Shown here in pieces: positions 44,481-54,772 of a DNA stretch of 64,000 nucleotides. This stretch comes from Gammaproteobacteria bacterium. Its GTDB lineage: Bacteria; Pseudomonadota; Gammaproteobacteria; G965277405. The stretch lies in NCBI GenBank assembly GCA_965277405.1, contig OZ255726.1:736001-800000 (forward strand). The letters run 5' to 3'. The position numbers and the translations under genes are program-made. Position 1 is the stretch's first letter. Each line of letters starts with the position of its first letter. Under the pieces are notes generated by a model. That model was not told where the DNA came from. It saw only the letters and a list, made by a program, of their open reading frames with translations, and did not search any database.

Positions 44481-45614
44481 TCACAGGATAATTGCGTATT
44501 GCGCAATGACATCACGGTCAATCTCGATACCCAGCCCTGGTCCATTAGGGATATTGACAATACCGTTAATATGTTCAATCGGTTGTTTTATAATCGTTTG
44601 ACGAAATGGATTATGAGTCCGATCAAATTCGAATATCGGTGCAATAGGGTTTTGTCGTGGTGGGTCAGGTAATAATGAAGCAATAAATTGTAAACTCGCA
44701 GCAATTTGCACCGCGGTCCCCCATACATGAGGCACTAATCGAATACCGTGTAACGTTGCTATATCAGCAATACGCCGCATTTCAGTAAAGCCACCTGATC
44801 CACATAAATCAGGTTGTGCGATATCGACACAGCCAGTTTTCAATGCTTCATGAAAGGCAAATCTCCCTTGCCATGTTTCACCCCCAGCTACTGGGATGGG
44901 CTGACCTGCACGTACTGCACGATAGGCTGTTAACAATTCTGGTACTACTGGTTCCTCCAACCAATCTATATCATATTGAGCGGCAGCATTGCCTAATGTG
45001 ATGGCTTCGCGAACCGTATAGCCATGATTAGCATCTACCATTAATCGTGCATCACAACCAATAACTTCTCGAACAGCGCAAATCACGTCTAAATCTTCCA
45101 AAACTCCAAAGCCAATTTTAATTTTAACCGCGTGAAAACCAGCGTTGATATGTGCTGCACATTCCTGTGCGCAATCGCGGACACGGTCAACCCCATCTCG
45201 GCGAAATGACCCTGTGGCGTACGCGCGTACGCTTTCACGGACGCGCCCACCTAATAAAGTAGAAATAGGTACATTAAAATGCTTGCCTTTAATATCCCAT
45301 AATGCTACATCAATCCCAGAGAGTGCGGTGATGGTTAGGCCGCGTTGCCCTTGGTCGCGTAATGTATTGTAAAGATCTAGCCATATCACTTCATTATCTA
45401 GAGGGTTTCTCCCTATTAAATGTTGAGAATATACCTTTACTACCGCAGCATTTGGACCGGCTGGCCCAAGACATTCGCCCCATCCAATAGTTCCATCATC
45501 GCAAGTAATTTCAACTAACATATGTTGACGACTGCTAAATCGCGTAGCAGCACTTTCAAAAGGGGTGCTTAATTTGTATTCAAGTATATGGGTGTTAACT
45601 TTACAAATTTTCAT
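44481..45614 (-). CDS. gci: D-galactarolactone cycloisomerase (enolase superfamily)
   Basis: Closely resembles recalled Agrobacterium Gci: GECLGPA.PNAAVV, LRDQGQRG, KIKIGFG, DANHGY, EFDRTHNPFRQ; clustered with udh. Confidence 0.85.
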   Translation of the reverse strand: MKICKVNTHILEYKLSTPFESAATRFSSRQHMLVEITCDDGTIGWGECLGPAGPNAAVVKVYSQHLIGRNPLDNEVIWLDLYNTLRDQGQRGLTITALSGIDVALWDIKGKHFNVPISTLLGGRVRESVRAYATGSFRRDGVDRVRDCAQECAAHINAGFHAVKIKIGFGVLEDLDVICAVREVIGCDARLMVDANHGYTVREAITLGNAAAQYDIDWLEEPVVPELLTAYRAVRAGQPIPVAGGETWQGRFAFHEALKTGCVDIAQPDLCGSGGFTEMRRIADIATLHGIRLVPHVWGTAVQIAASLQFIASLLPDPPRQNPIAPIFEFDRTHNPFRQTIIKQPIEHINGIVNIPNGPGLGIEIDRDVIAQYAIIL

Positions 45615-45670
45615 TATCTAAAGTTTCTCTACTGAGGAAAATTGCTACATTCATCTGCGCGTAGTTTCTA

Positions 45671-46423
45671 CTATTTTGCAGTATTCGTTTTGTTTTTTTG
45701 ATAAATACGTAATAATTTTCGATAGCGATTTTGCCCGCCTTTTAAATGTGTTCGCATGGTCTTACGCGCGAGCAGCGGATTTTTTGCTGCTAGTGCATCG
45801 GCAATCTGTCGATGCTCTGTACTGAGTTGTTTGGTATAATCTATGACTACTTGTTCACTAAAATTAACTAATAACCGTGCTCTTGGTATAGCATCAGCCC
45901 CCATCATTGCAAGGATTTTCCTAAACCATGGGTTGTTTGTGGCTTCTGCAATTAACGTGTGAAAGCGAAAATCTAGTACGCTTGAGGATTTATCCGTAAT
46001 GTTTGCTTGTTCCATTGCATACAAACATTCAAAAATAGCTTCTTCTTGCGCTGGTGACCGTCGTACAGCTGCTATGGCAACGGCTTCAATTTCAATCGCT
46101 GCACGGAACTCTAACATTTCCAATGTGCTGGATAAATTTTCTGGGTGACCTATACTAATTGATGTAGCGGTAACACGCTCTTTAGTATTAATAACATACG
46201 TTCCTGAACCTTTTTTGGTGTCGATTAATCCCTCGGTTCGTAACGCAGCAATGGTTTCTCTAATAACGGTGCGCGACACATTGTATGTTTTGCATAACTT
46301 CGCCTCGCTAGGTAATTTATGCCCGACCGTTAAGCTGCCACCAGATATAACAGTTCTTAGTTCGTTGGCAACTGATTGGACTAAATTACCCTGATTACTA
46401 AATCCTGTTTTTTGATTTGTCAT
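45671..46423 (-). CDS. GntR/FadR family regulator
   Basis: KLPSEAKL..YNVSRTVIRE..G.G; FCD domain DFRFH..IAEATNN. Confidence 0.92.
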   Translation of the reverse strand: MTNQKTGFSNQGNLVQSVANELRTVISGGSLTVGHKLPSEAKLCKTYNVSRTVIRETIAALRTEGLIDTKKGSGTYVINTKERVTATSISIGHPENLSSTLEMLEFRAAIEIEAVAIAAVRRSPAQEEAIFECLYAMEQANITDKSSSVLDFRFHTLIAEATNNPWFRKILAMMGADAIPRARLLVNFSEQVVIDYTKQLSTEHRQIADALAAKNPLLARKTMRTHLKGGQNRYRKLLRIYQKNKTNTAK

Positions 46424-46517
46424 GCCGTTTTACTTTGCAGAGTTTCACAAATCTTGTGAAAACATAGTGTGTATTACCATAGCACAAACTGTACTAATAA
46501 CTACTGAATAACAATAA

Positions 46518-46560
46518 TCTATCATATAGCTTGACAAGCTGTCATACAACTCCTTAGCAT
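46518..46560 (+). promoter_or_regulatory. Sigma70 promoter overlapped by a FadR-type operator
   Basis: TTGACA-18 bp-TAGCAT with TGTCATACAA in the spacer; related CTATCATATAG just upstream. Confidence 0.6.
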
Positions 46561-46639
46561 TGTTACTAATCAAGTATTGTATTCAGTCATCAGAGAACTA
46601 TTGCTTGATTTATTTTTATTAACCAAGGAGAGATTGACA

Positions 46640-47617
46640 ATGCTTAAAGTTAAACTAAAAAAATCAGTTGCCTTAGCGGTTATGATTGCATTTGTAGTAT
46701 CACCAGTAGTAGCAAAAGAATTAAAAGGTTGGAACATTCATCCACCAGGATACCCGGTCACTGTTGCAATGGAGTCATTTAGCGCAGCAATAACTAAGGC
46801 GACAAATGGTAAATTAAAAGCGAAGACGTATAATTCAGGGTTACTAGGAAACCAGAACCAAGCTATCCAGCAAATTCAACTTGGCGGTATTGATTTTGCC
46901 GTATTTAACCTAGTACCACTGAACAATATTGTTGCTGAAACGCAACTTGCAACCCTACCTTATGTGTTTAGATCGATGGATCATATGCACAGAGTAATGG
47001 ATGGGAAAATTGGTGATGAAATTGGTGATGCTTTAGCAAAGCATAATATGATTGCACTCGCCTGGTATGATAGTGGGGCGCGCTCTTTGTATTCAAAATA
47101 CAAGTTGAACTCAATCACAGACTTGAAAGGACTAAAATTCCGCGTCCAAAATTCAGATATGAATGCAGCAATGATTGAGGCGCTTGGAGCAAGTGCGACA
47201 ACTATTCCATATGGTGAAGTATATACGTCCATCCAATCTGGCTTGATCGATGGTGCTGAAAACAATTGGCCGTCGTATCAAAGTAGCGGTCATTACGAAG
47301 TTGCAAAAAATTACTTGCTTGACGGGCATGCGATTGTCCCAGAGGTTTTTGCAATGAATAAATCAGTCTGGGATTCTCTCAGTATTGCTGATAAAAAAAC
47401 TGTTCGTAGCGCCGCTAGAGACAGTGCCGTATTACAGCGCAAACTATGGAAGGAACAAGTGGAAAAGTCAGAAAAAATTGTTCGTGCCAGTGGTGTAAAA
47501 GTTGTCGAAGTCAAAGATAAAACCCAGTTCATTAATGCAATGAAACCAGTCTACGATAAGTTTGTTACCACAACTAACATGAGAGACATGCTCCAGCGAA
47601 TCCAAGACACTAAGTAA
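46640..47617 (+). CDS. dctP: TRAP transporter solute-binding protein DctP
   Basis: AGGAG RBS, signal peptide, WYDSGARS, DLKGLKFRV, DGAENN. Confidence 0.92.
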   Translation: MLKVKLKKSVALAVMIAFVVSPVVAKELKGWNIHPPGYPVTVAMESFSAAITKATNGKLKAKTYNSGLLGNQNQAIQQIQLGGIDFAVFNLVPLNNIVAETQLATLPYVFRSMDHMHRVMDGKIGDEIGDALAKHNMIALAWYDSGARSLYSKYKLNSITDLKGLKFRVQNSDMNAAMIEALGASATTIPYGEVYTSIQSGLIDGAENNWPSYQSSGHYEVAKNYLLDGHAIVPEVFAMNKSVWDSLSIADKKTVRSAARDSAVLQRKLWKEQVEKSEKIVRASGVKVVEVKDKTQFINAMKPVYDKFVTTTNMRDMLQRIQDTK

Positions 47618-47806
47618 TCTCGACAGCTAAAATCAAGGAAGTTCTGACTCATTAATGAGGGATAAGCAGTGCGATAATGGTTGAATGCAAACGATATAAT
47701 TTTTAAGCAACGTCACACAATTAACTGGGTAATAAGACTTCTTAAGGGCGCGTTCTTGATGAATTCGTAACGTGCTCTTACATTATGGCTCTTACATTAT
47801 GGAAGG

Positions 47807-48319
47807 TTGCTTAAAATGAGATTTAGATTATTGGATTACTTGAGTAAATTATTTTTTATTCTAGGAGGAATCGCTTTGGTGGTACTCATCGCCATAATCA
47901 ACTGGTCTGTTTGGTGGCGTTATGTATTAAATAATCCGCGAACATGGACAGAGCAGCTTGCATTATTATTAGTTTTAGTCGTCGTATTACCGATTAGTGC
48001 AATTGGTTTACGAGAAAATACACACCTTAACATTGAATTGATTACTAATAAACTACCTCACAAGGCTCAAAAAGTTGTTGATATTATTAATAGTATTGTC
48101 TTATTATTTTTTGGAATAGCTATGATATTATATTCTCTTCCTCTCGTTAAACTAACCCTGTCCCAAAAAATACCATTACTTGGCGTTTCTCAAAGTTGGC
48201 AATATGTACCATTAATGGTTACTGGTGCATTAATTTCTATTTTTATGATTGAGAAATTGTGGTTTTCAATCATTGCTACAACTCAAATAACTCGAGCGCA
48301 GAAAAGTCGATGGAAATAG
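47807..48319 (+). CDS. dctQ: TRAP transporter small permease DctQ
   Basis: RYVLNNP..WTEQL, RENTH; four TM segments. Confidence 0.88.
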   Translation: MLKMRFRLLDYLSKLFFILGGIALVVLIAIINWSVWWRYVLNNPRTWTEQLALLLVLVVVLPISAIGLRENTHLNIELITNKLPHKAQKVVDIINSIVLLFFGIAMILYSLPLVKLTLSQKIPLLGVSQSWQYVPLMVTGALISIFMIEKLWFSIIATTQITRAQKSRWK

Positions 48320-49596
48320 GACTCATTATTTTATTTGCCACCTTTACTATAACGATGGCACTTGGCATGCCAATCGCTTTTGCGTTAGGAGTAGCTGCAC
48401 TTATTACAGCATTTGTAGCGGGCGTTCCCCCACCTATTGTTTTTCAGCAAATGGTTGGTGGAATAAATGTCTTTTCTTTACTAGCCATTCCATTCTTTAT
48501 TTTTGCTGGTGAATTAATGATGCGCGGGGGGATTGCCATGCGTTTAGTTCGATTTGCTGAATCAATCGTCGGTCAAATGCGTGGGGGATTAGGTGTCGTC
48601 AGTGTATTATCTTCAATGTTGTTTGGTGGTATTTCAGGTTCGGCAGTTGCCGATACTTCAGCGATCGGCTCTACGATGATTCCAATGATGAAGAAGAAGA
48701 ATTATGATGCGGACTACGCAGTCAACGTCACCGTGACCGCTTCGATAGCAGGCGTCATGATCCCACCAAGTCACAATATGATTTTGTATGCATTAGCTGC
48801 TGGTGGTGGAATTTCCATATCATCATTATTTATGGCAGGAATTATTCCAGGAATAATCATGTGTTTATGCTTGGCAGTTTCTGCGTATGCTGTAGCTATA
48901 AAACGTGGCTATCCATCATCGCGATTCGCTGGTTATAAAACTATTCTAAAAACTGCGGTGTCTGCTATTCCTGGACTATTAACAGGAGTAGTAATCATTG
49001 GTGGTGCCCTATCTGGGGTTTTTACAGTTACTGAATCCGCAGCCATTGGTGTCATGTATGCCTTATTTGTCACGACCTACATTTATCGTTCACTTTCAAT
49101 TATAGATTTTGTGTTATGTGTAAGAGAATCTATTCGAACAACTGCAATGGTGATGGTATTAATTGGTACAGCATCAGCATTTGCTTATTTTTTATCATTA
49201 TACGAAGTACCAAGCATTATATTAAGATTGCTACTGAGCATTAGCGAAAACAAAATTATTTTGTTATTACTCATTAATGTCTCCTTATTAATCCTTGGTA
49301 CTTTTATGGACATGGGTCCGCTGATCCTAATTTGCACACCTATCTTCTTACCTGTTGTAGAAAAAATTGGTATGGACCCGGTCCAGTTTGGCATGGTACT
49401 CATGATGAATCTGGGATTAGGCTTGACCACCCCTCCTGTCGGTGGCTGTTTATTCATTGGCTGTTCTATCGGCAAAACGCGCATTGAAGATGTTGTTAAA
49501 ACCATTTTTCCATTTTACCTTGCGATTGTTGTTGCACTCATGTTAACAACATTTATTCCATTTATTTCTTTAGCATTACCTAATATATTTAAATAA
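48310..49596 (+). CDS. dctM: TRAP transporter large permease DctM
   Basis: LLAIPFFIFAG, GGISGSAVAD, IPPS, TPPVG. Confidence 0.93.
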   Translation: MEIGLIILFATFTITMALGMPIAFALGVAALITAFVAGVPPPIVFQQMVGGINVFSLLAIPFFIFAGELMMRGGIAMRLVRFAESIVGQMRGGLGVVSVLSSMLFGGISGSAVADTSAIGSTMIPMMKKKNYDADYAVNVTVTASIAGVMIPPSHNMILYALAAGGGISISSLFMAGIIPGIIMCLCLAVSAYAVAIKRGYPSSRFAGYKTILKTAVSAIPGLLTGVVIIGGALSGVFTVTESAAIGVMYALFVTTYIYRSLSIIDFVLCVRESIRTTAMVMVLIGTASAFAYFLSLYEVPSIILRLLLSISENKIILLLLINVSLLILGTFMDMGPLILICTPIFLPVVEKIGMDPVQFGMVLMMNLGLGLTTPPVGGCLFIGCSIGKTRIEDVVKTIFPFYLAIVVALMLTTFIPFISLALPNIFK

Positions 49597-49632
49597 ATAT
49601 TTAAATATACTATATACATATGAAGTCTTATT

Positions 49633-50436
49633 ATGCTTAAAAAATTATTAGTAACTGGTGCTGCTGGTGGAATAGGTCAGATGCTGATTGAACAATTGGG
49701 TAGCGTCGCTGACAGCATTCGTTACAGTGACATCGTGATTCCTGCAAAAATGCCTTCAGCCATTGAGTTTGTACAATGTGATTTATGTGACCAGGAGTCA
49801 CTCAATAATATAATCAATGGCTGTGATGGTATTTTACACCTTGGTGGCATATCAGTTGAAAATACTTTTAATGCTATTCTCCAGGCTAATATTATTGGTA
49901 TACACAATTTATATGAATCAGCACGAAAAAATGGATATCCGCGTATTTTTTTAGCAAGTTCAAATCATGTTGTCGGGTTCTATCATCAAAATGAGAAATT
50001 AGACCACCATTCGTCACATCTCCCTGATTCATGGTACGGTGTTTCTAAATCATTTGCAGAAGCTGTTGCCTTGATGTATTTCCACAAATATGGTCAAGAA
50101 ACTGCAATAGTGCGCATAGGATCTTGCTTGCAAGAACCCAAAGATCACCGCATGTTGTCAACGTGGTTATCGGTCGCTGATTTTATCTCGCTAGTTGGCT
50201 GCGTGTTTAACGTATCTCGATTAGGTTGTCCAATTATTTACGGCATGTCTAACAACCACAGCACATGGTGGGACAATTCTGGCGTCGCCTACCTCGGTTG
50301 GCGACCAAAAGACAACTCTGAGCAGTTTAGAAAAAGAATCAACGCTACCGTACAATTACCCGATAAAGATGACCCGGCTGCATTGTATCAAGGAGGCATG
50401 TTTGCGACCAATCCCATTATTGTGGACAAACCTTAA
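49633..50436 (+). CDS. udh: Uronate dehydrogenase
   Basis: TGAAGG.G, HLGGISVE, ASSNH, YGVSK, RIGSC.EP...RMLSTW, WWDN, QGG.F. Confidence 0.85.
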   Translation: MLKKLLVTGAAGGIGQMLIEQLGSVADSIRYSDIVIPAKMPSAIEFVQCDLCDQESLNNIINGCDGILHLGGISVENTFNAILQANIIGIHNLYESARKNGYPRIFLASSNHVVGFYHQNEKLDHHSSHLPDSWYGVSKSFAEAVALMYFHKYGQETAIVRIGSCLQEPKDHRMLSTWLSVADFISLVGCVFNVSRLGCPIIYGMSNNHSTWWDNSGVAYLGWRPKDNSEQFRKRINATVQLPDKDDPAALYQGGMFATNPIIVDKP

Positions 50437-50670
50437 GGAATCTCTGAACAATTCACTACATTTGATTTTCTCGACGCATCAATGTTCAAAACAATAAATT
50501 CACAAGCTGAGAAGCAGTTTTTGTGCACTTTGTATTGTTTTTCATGAGTTGTTGCTGAAGTTCCTATGTTTTGGACGCACTAACCCTGTGTTTGCGACAA
50601 ATACTTGTGAGCCCAGCTACCATGAATCTGGAAAATTTGTCTCGCAGATCATGGGCTTAATCAGTGGTCC
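50437..50670. mobile_element. Chimeric mini-element: IS5 type-B right end joined to a MITE end
   Basis: 50437-50610 matches the reverse complement of ~36200-36385; ends TCTCGCAGATCATGGGCTTAATCAGTGGTCC; flanks TTAA / GTAA. Confidence 0.7.
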
Positions 50671-50806
50671 GTAAAGCGATAATTGGACAAATTGCGCGGC
50701 AGCATTGTATCGCGCAATGTAGCGTAATATCTGCCATTTACCGTGTAAATATGTGAAATAGCTAAGCCAACGTTGCTGACAATTCTTCTTTTATGGAGAG
50801 ATGTTT

Positions 50807-51137
50807 ATGAATACGTTAAAAAACGATAGTCCCGCTGTTAGTGTTGCTGGCTTGTGTGCTCGGCAGCTCCGCAGCTTTTGCCGAAGAACAACAACACAGG
50901 ATAGGTGTCAATCTCAATAGCGCCGATGCCCAAACGATTGCGGTGTCAATTAAAGGTGTTGGACAGCAGAAAGCGCAGGCCATCGTTGCATATCGCCAGC
51001 AATATGGCGAATTTACTGATTTCTCACAACTTGAAAATATCAAAGGCATCGGCGCGAAGCTCGCACAGAAAATCAGTATGCAAGCCCACCTGATGCCAGT
51101 CTCTGCCAAACAACACGATACTAATGCGACTAATTGA
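50807..51137 (+). CDS. comEA: ComEA-family helix-hairpin-helix DNA-binding protein (possible frameshift in signal peptide)
   Basis: VNLNSADA, KGVGQQKAQAIV.YR, IKGIG; the RBS-linked ATG is out of frame by one base at an A6 run. Confidence 0.8.
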
Positions 51138-51576
51138 TGTGCAACTCAAAGCGTCACTCAAAGCTAGCATCAGTATAACAACACTGCTCATACTTGCGCA
51201 GACATTAGTAGTATTCCAACCTTGGCCAACCAGCGTAGTAATTGTGGCAAGTGGCTGCGTTTGGCTGTATTGCATCGAACTACTGCGCCTCCATGCTTGG
51301 CTATTAGATGCAGAATCAGTGGTGCGAGTAGAACATGACCCGACCGGACATAGCGTACAATGCAGCCTACGCAATGGTGGAGTGCAAACATACAGCAAGG
51401 TACGGTTTCAATCGCTTGGTTGGTGTGTGCTGATACATTGCAGCGATGGTCAAAACAACAATGCCCCGCAGCGCAAATACGCCGCAACACCAAAGAAGCG
51501 CACACTGACGGTGTTTACTGACCAATGTATTGATCATTACCAATTGCGGATAATGGCACAATGGGGGAGCAGCTGA
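51124..51576 (+). CDS. Hypothetical membrane protein (YgfX-like topology)
   Basis: Two N-terminal TM segments; overlaps the comEA stop. Confidence 0.5.
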   Translation: MRLIDVQLKASLKASISITTLLILAQTLVVFQPWPTSVVIVASGCVWLYCIELLRLHAWLLDAESVVRVEHDPTGHSVQCSLRNGGVQTYSKVRFQSLGWCVLIHCSDGQNNNAPQRKYAATPKKRTLTVFTDQCIDHYQLRIMAQWGSS

Positions 51577-51591
51577 TTCTGGGTCTGTTAT

Positions 51592-51890
51592 GGAACCTCT
51601 GATTAAGTCCATGATGGGCGAGACGGAGAAAAAACGCTGATGGCTGATGATTGCAAGGCGCAGTGCGCAGATAATACTGGTGGTCTTGTGGGTGTTTCCA
51701 AGTGCTGCAACGAAGTTAGCGCAGTCTTTTTCCCGTCGTTGTGTTGAATATACTTTGGGTTTGCGGCAGCGGTACTTGCTGTGTTGCATCCCTTGGCGTA
51801 TATGCTACGGCATGCACCTGCGGTTTGCGCCTGGCAATCATCAGCAATTGCAGGCAAACTCGCTCCATCAGCGACTTAATCAGCGCTTCC
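51592..51890 (-). mobile_element. ~300-bp MITE family copy
   Basis: TIRs GGAACCTCTGATTAA / TTAATCAGCGCTTCC. Confidence 0.9.
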
Positions 51891-53716
51891 TTAGCGCAGT
51901 AGCTGCTGCACCGCTGCACTATCGCCTCCACTCCAATAGTCCCCCCAAGTAACGACAGTCCCAGCGTTGGTAAGCGCCGCAAAAGCAGAGTGATTTGCAT
52001 AGATTGCTTTAACGTCAGTCAGTAGCTGCTGCACGCTTGAACTATTGGCGCCAGACCAGTGCGCCCCCAAGTAACGACGCCCCCAGCGTTGGTCAGCGCG
52101 GCAAAAGCAGAGTCGGTTGCATAGATTGTTTTAATCTTAGTATCATTTTGACCTGCCACAACTTCGCTACTGGAGCTAGACTCACCGCCGTCATTGTTTG
52201 CGGTTATTGTGTAATAGTATGATTAATCATAACGCCCTGTATGGGTGTACGGGCTGGTTACTGGCGATATTTTGCTGCCAGATTTACCATATCCAGCGGT
52301 TGTCGCCCAATATAGATTGTATGAATCGGCATTATATACTGGATTACAACTAATGGTTATTTCTCCTCCCCTATCACCTGCTGCTGCGCTTACATTGGTT
52401 GGTGCATCTGGGGGAGTTATGATGTGTGGCTAGCCACCGTCAGCATGTGCTAGTGGAGTTTTATAATTTATTATGTCAGGAAAATTTGCAGCGAGACTTA
52501 TCTTTTTTACAAGCAGGTTTAAATTTAATTCTGCTCCTATACCTGCTTTTATTCCTCCATACAACGCCCACCACGGATTAACGCGTCTATCTGTTTCAAT
52601 GGCAATGTAACCGTTCAAATATACTTCTGGTCCAGCAATATTATAAAAAAGAAATGCTAACTCTGGACCAGCAAATACTTCTACTCTTTTAGCGCTAATA
52701 TGAATATCAGGAGGCACATAACTAAATTTGTTTTCGGTTTCTTTAAAGCTTTTCCACCCTGATCCATCTGTGTATTCCACGCCTATTTTGACTGAAGAAC
52801 TTGCTGTTCCAGACATACTTAAGTTTGTAGATACCTCTCCACTTGCTTCAAATCCTACTCCTAATCCCACTACAACTTGCAATTCAACTACTATTGTGAC
52901 TGGCATAACACCAATGAAAAGGGTTATGACCCCCAATTTTTGGGTAAAAATTGTTTTTTCTAAAGAGATAGATCCAAGTTTTAGATAATTTAATGCGTTG
53001 AAAGATATTTGTATGCTTTGTGTTGGTGTGATAGCGGCATAGTATTTTTGTAACTTCCAATCATCAATTTCTACTTTTATATCATAGTCAACAGATAACC
53101 CGATACATCCTGTTATAGCCACTCCATCAGGTAAGTTTAAGTTACCTATGTCTATTACGAAGGCAGGGTTGTGCTCTTGACAGCTGTTTCCGTTGACGAC
53201 ACGACTCTCGTTTTGCGAGAGGATTCTAACTCCACTACTGGCAGGTCTATAATTTAATGTGTTCTGTTGTGGGTTAGCTGAGGGAGGAGTAGATAGGCTG
53301 CCAGATACAGACCCTTGTCCTTTCTGGATCACGTCTGTTAGCTCTGCTTACTCTGTTTTTAACACAACCTCCCCGTCAGCGTTGGTTGTTTTGGCTACTA
53401 TCTTCCTGAGTAAGCCATATTCAGCTTTACTGTTGCTCCCCATAACGATGTAGTCATTCTCAACCACAGAAGCAAGGGTTAAACTCTGGCTCGAAAGAAC
53501 AATATCACCACTCTCGACATCAATTTCTTTAATTTCTTGCTCAGCTGTATGTGCTGCAATGACTGTCGCATTATCGGATATTTGCACTTCTGCTGATGCA
53601 GATGTTGCGCTACTGCTAGTTTCGTTACTGTTGGTTTCACTATCGCTGCTACTTCCATTGTTACAGCCTGCTATAGCTAATAGTCCTAGCGCTAAAAAAA
53701 AAATCTTTTTGTTCAT
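51891..53716 (-). pseudogene. Surface lipoprotein pseudogene with an FN3 domain and RCC1-like repeats
   Basis: Lipobox LAIAGC; one frame continues through stops at 53348, 52430 and 52223 into PDAPTNVSA..YNLYW..YYYTITA..GES and AFAALTNAG.VVTWG repeats; cut by a MITE. Confidence 0.75.
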
Positions 53717-53842
53717 TTACCCCCCATGAAATAAAATGTTTTCATTCTATAATAGTTGATAAAACTATATGCATTATACTCAAACACTACAATCATATTT
53801 GCAACAAATTACACAAAACAAAGGAATACATTTTCCTTCTTC

Positions 53843-54131
53843 GGAACCTCTGATCAATTCCATGATGGGCGAGACGGAGAAAAAACGCTGATGATACTTA
53901 AGCGCAGTGCGCAGATAATACTGGTGGTCTTGTGGGTGTTGCCAAGTGCTGCAACGACGTTAGCGCAGCGTTTTTCCCCGTCCTTCTGTTGAATATACAA
54001 TGGTTTGCTGCAATTGCTACGCTTGCTGTGTTGCATCCCTTGGCGTATATGCTATGGCATGCCCTTAGCGCCTTGCAATCATCAGCAATTGCCATCAAAC
54101 TCGCTCCATCAGCGAGTTAATCAGAGCTTCC
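53843..54131 (-). mobile_element. ~300-bp MITE family copy
   Basis: TIRs GGAACCTCTGATCAA / TTAATCAGAGCTTCC. Confidence 0.9.
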
Positions 54132-54233
54132 TTATGGATATGTGCAACATATTCTTATTGATTGGGTCTATTACCAGAGCATCTCAATCGCTAGCGCGAC
54201 ACCTGATGATTATGCAGCGAAGTGCATAGTGAT

Positions 54234-54267
54234 TAGTGTCGTAGTGTCGTAGTGTCGTAGTGTCGTA
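54234..54267. repeat. 8-bp tandem repeat (TAGTGTCG)x4
   Basis: Direct reading of the sequence. Confidence 0.85.
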
Positions 54268-54450
54268 TATAGTAACCAATCTAGCCATGATGTTGGCGAA
54301 TACTTGCTCTATCAAGAAGCTTCGATGCAAGCGATAACAGTACAGCCAGTTAGTAATGTAGCTGGTGTGCGTGCTGGTATGCCCATGAGCTATGCCTTGA
54401 ACATCAAGATTAGTCATGCTGTTGCAGAAAACCCCTCCATTATTACCTAA

Positions 54451-54606
54451 GGCATCTTTGAAAAACCCCCAAAAACCCTGCTAATCTGTCATAATGTTTT
54501 AACTATTGTTTTTGAGATACGTCATTTGCTGCAGATAATATCTCAACAACAATAGTCTGCAAATGATGGTAAATCAGCTAGCTTTTGGTGGTTTTTCAGA
54601 GATGCC
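54451..54606. mobile_element. 156-bp MITE built from two IS5 type-B left ends
   Basis: GGCATCTTTGAAAAACC ... GGTTTTTCAGAGATGCC. Confidence 0.75.
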
Positions 54607-54772
54607 TGAATAAGTAGTTGCGTTGCAGCGGACTATTTTAAGGATGTGGCAGATTTATACAACATATACAGTGATATGTGGCATTCTTATGACTTAATCA
54701 GAACTTTTAAAGTAAGTTATTGTTTTTCTGTAGGTCATTATACTGAATAATTCAAGCCCAACAGCACAGTCG

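Noticed and set aside
54184-54440. Possible IS1595 C-terminal remnant
   Set aside because: Only a faint YCYRLHRS resemblance; too decayed to call
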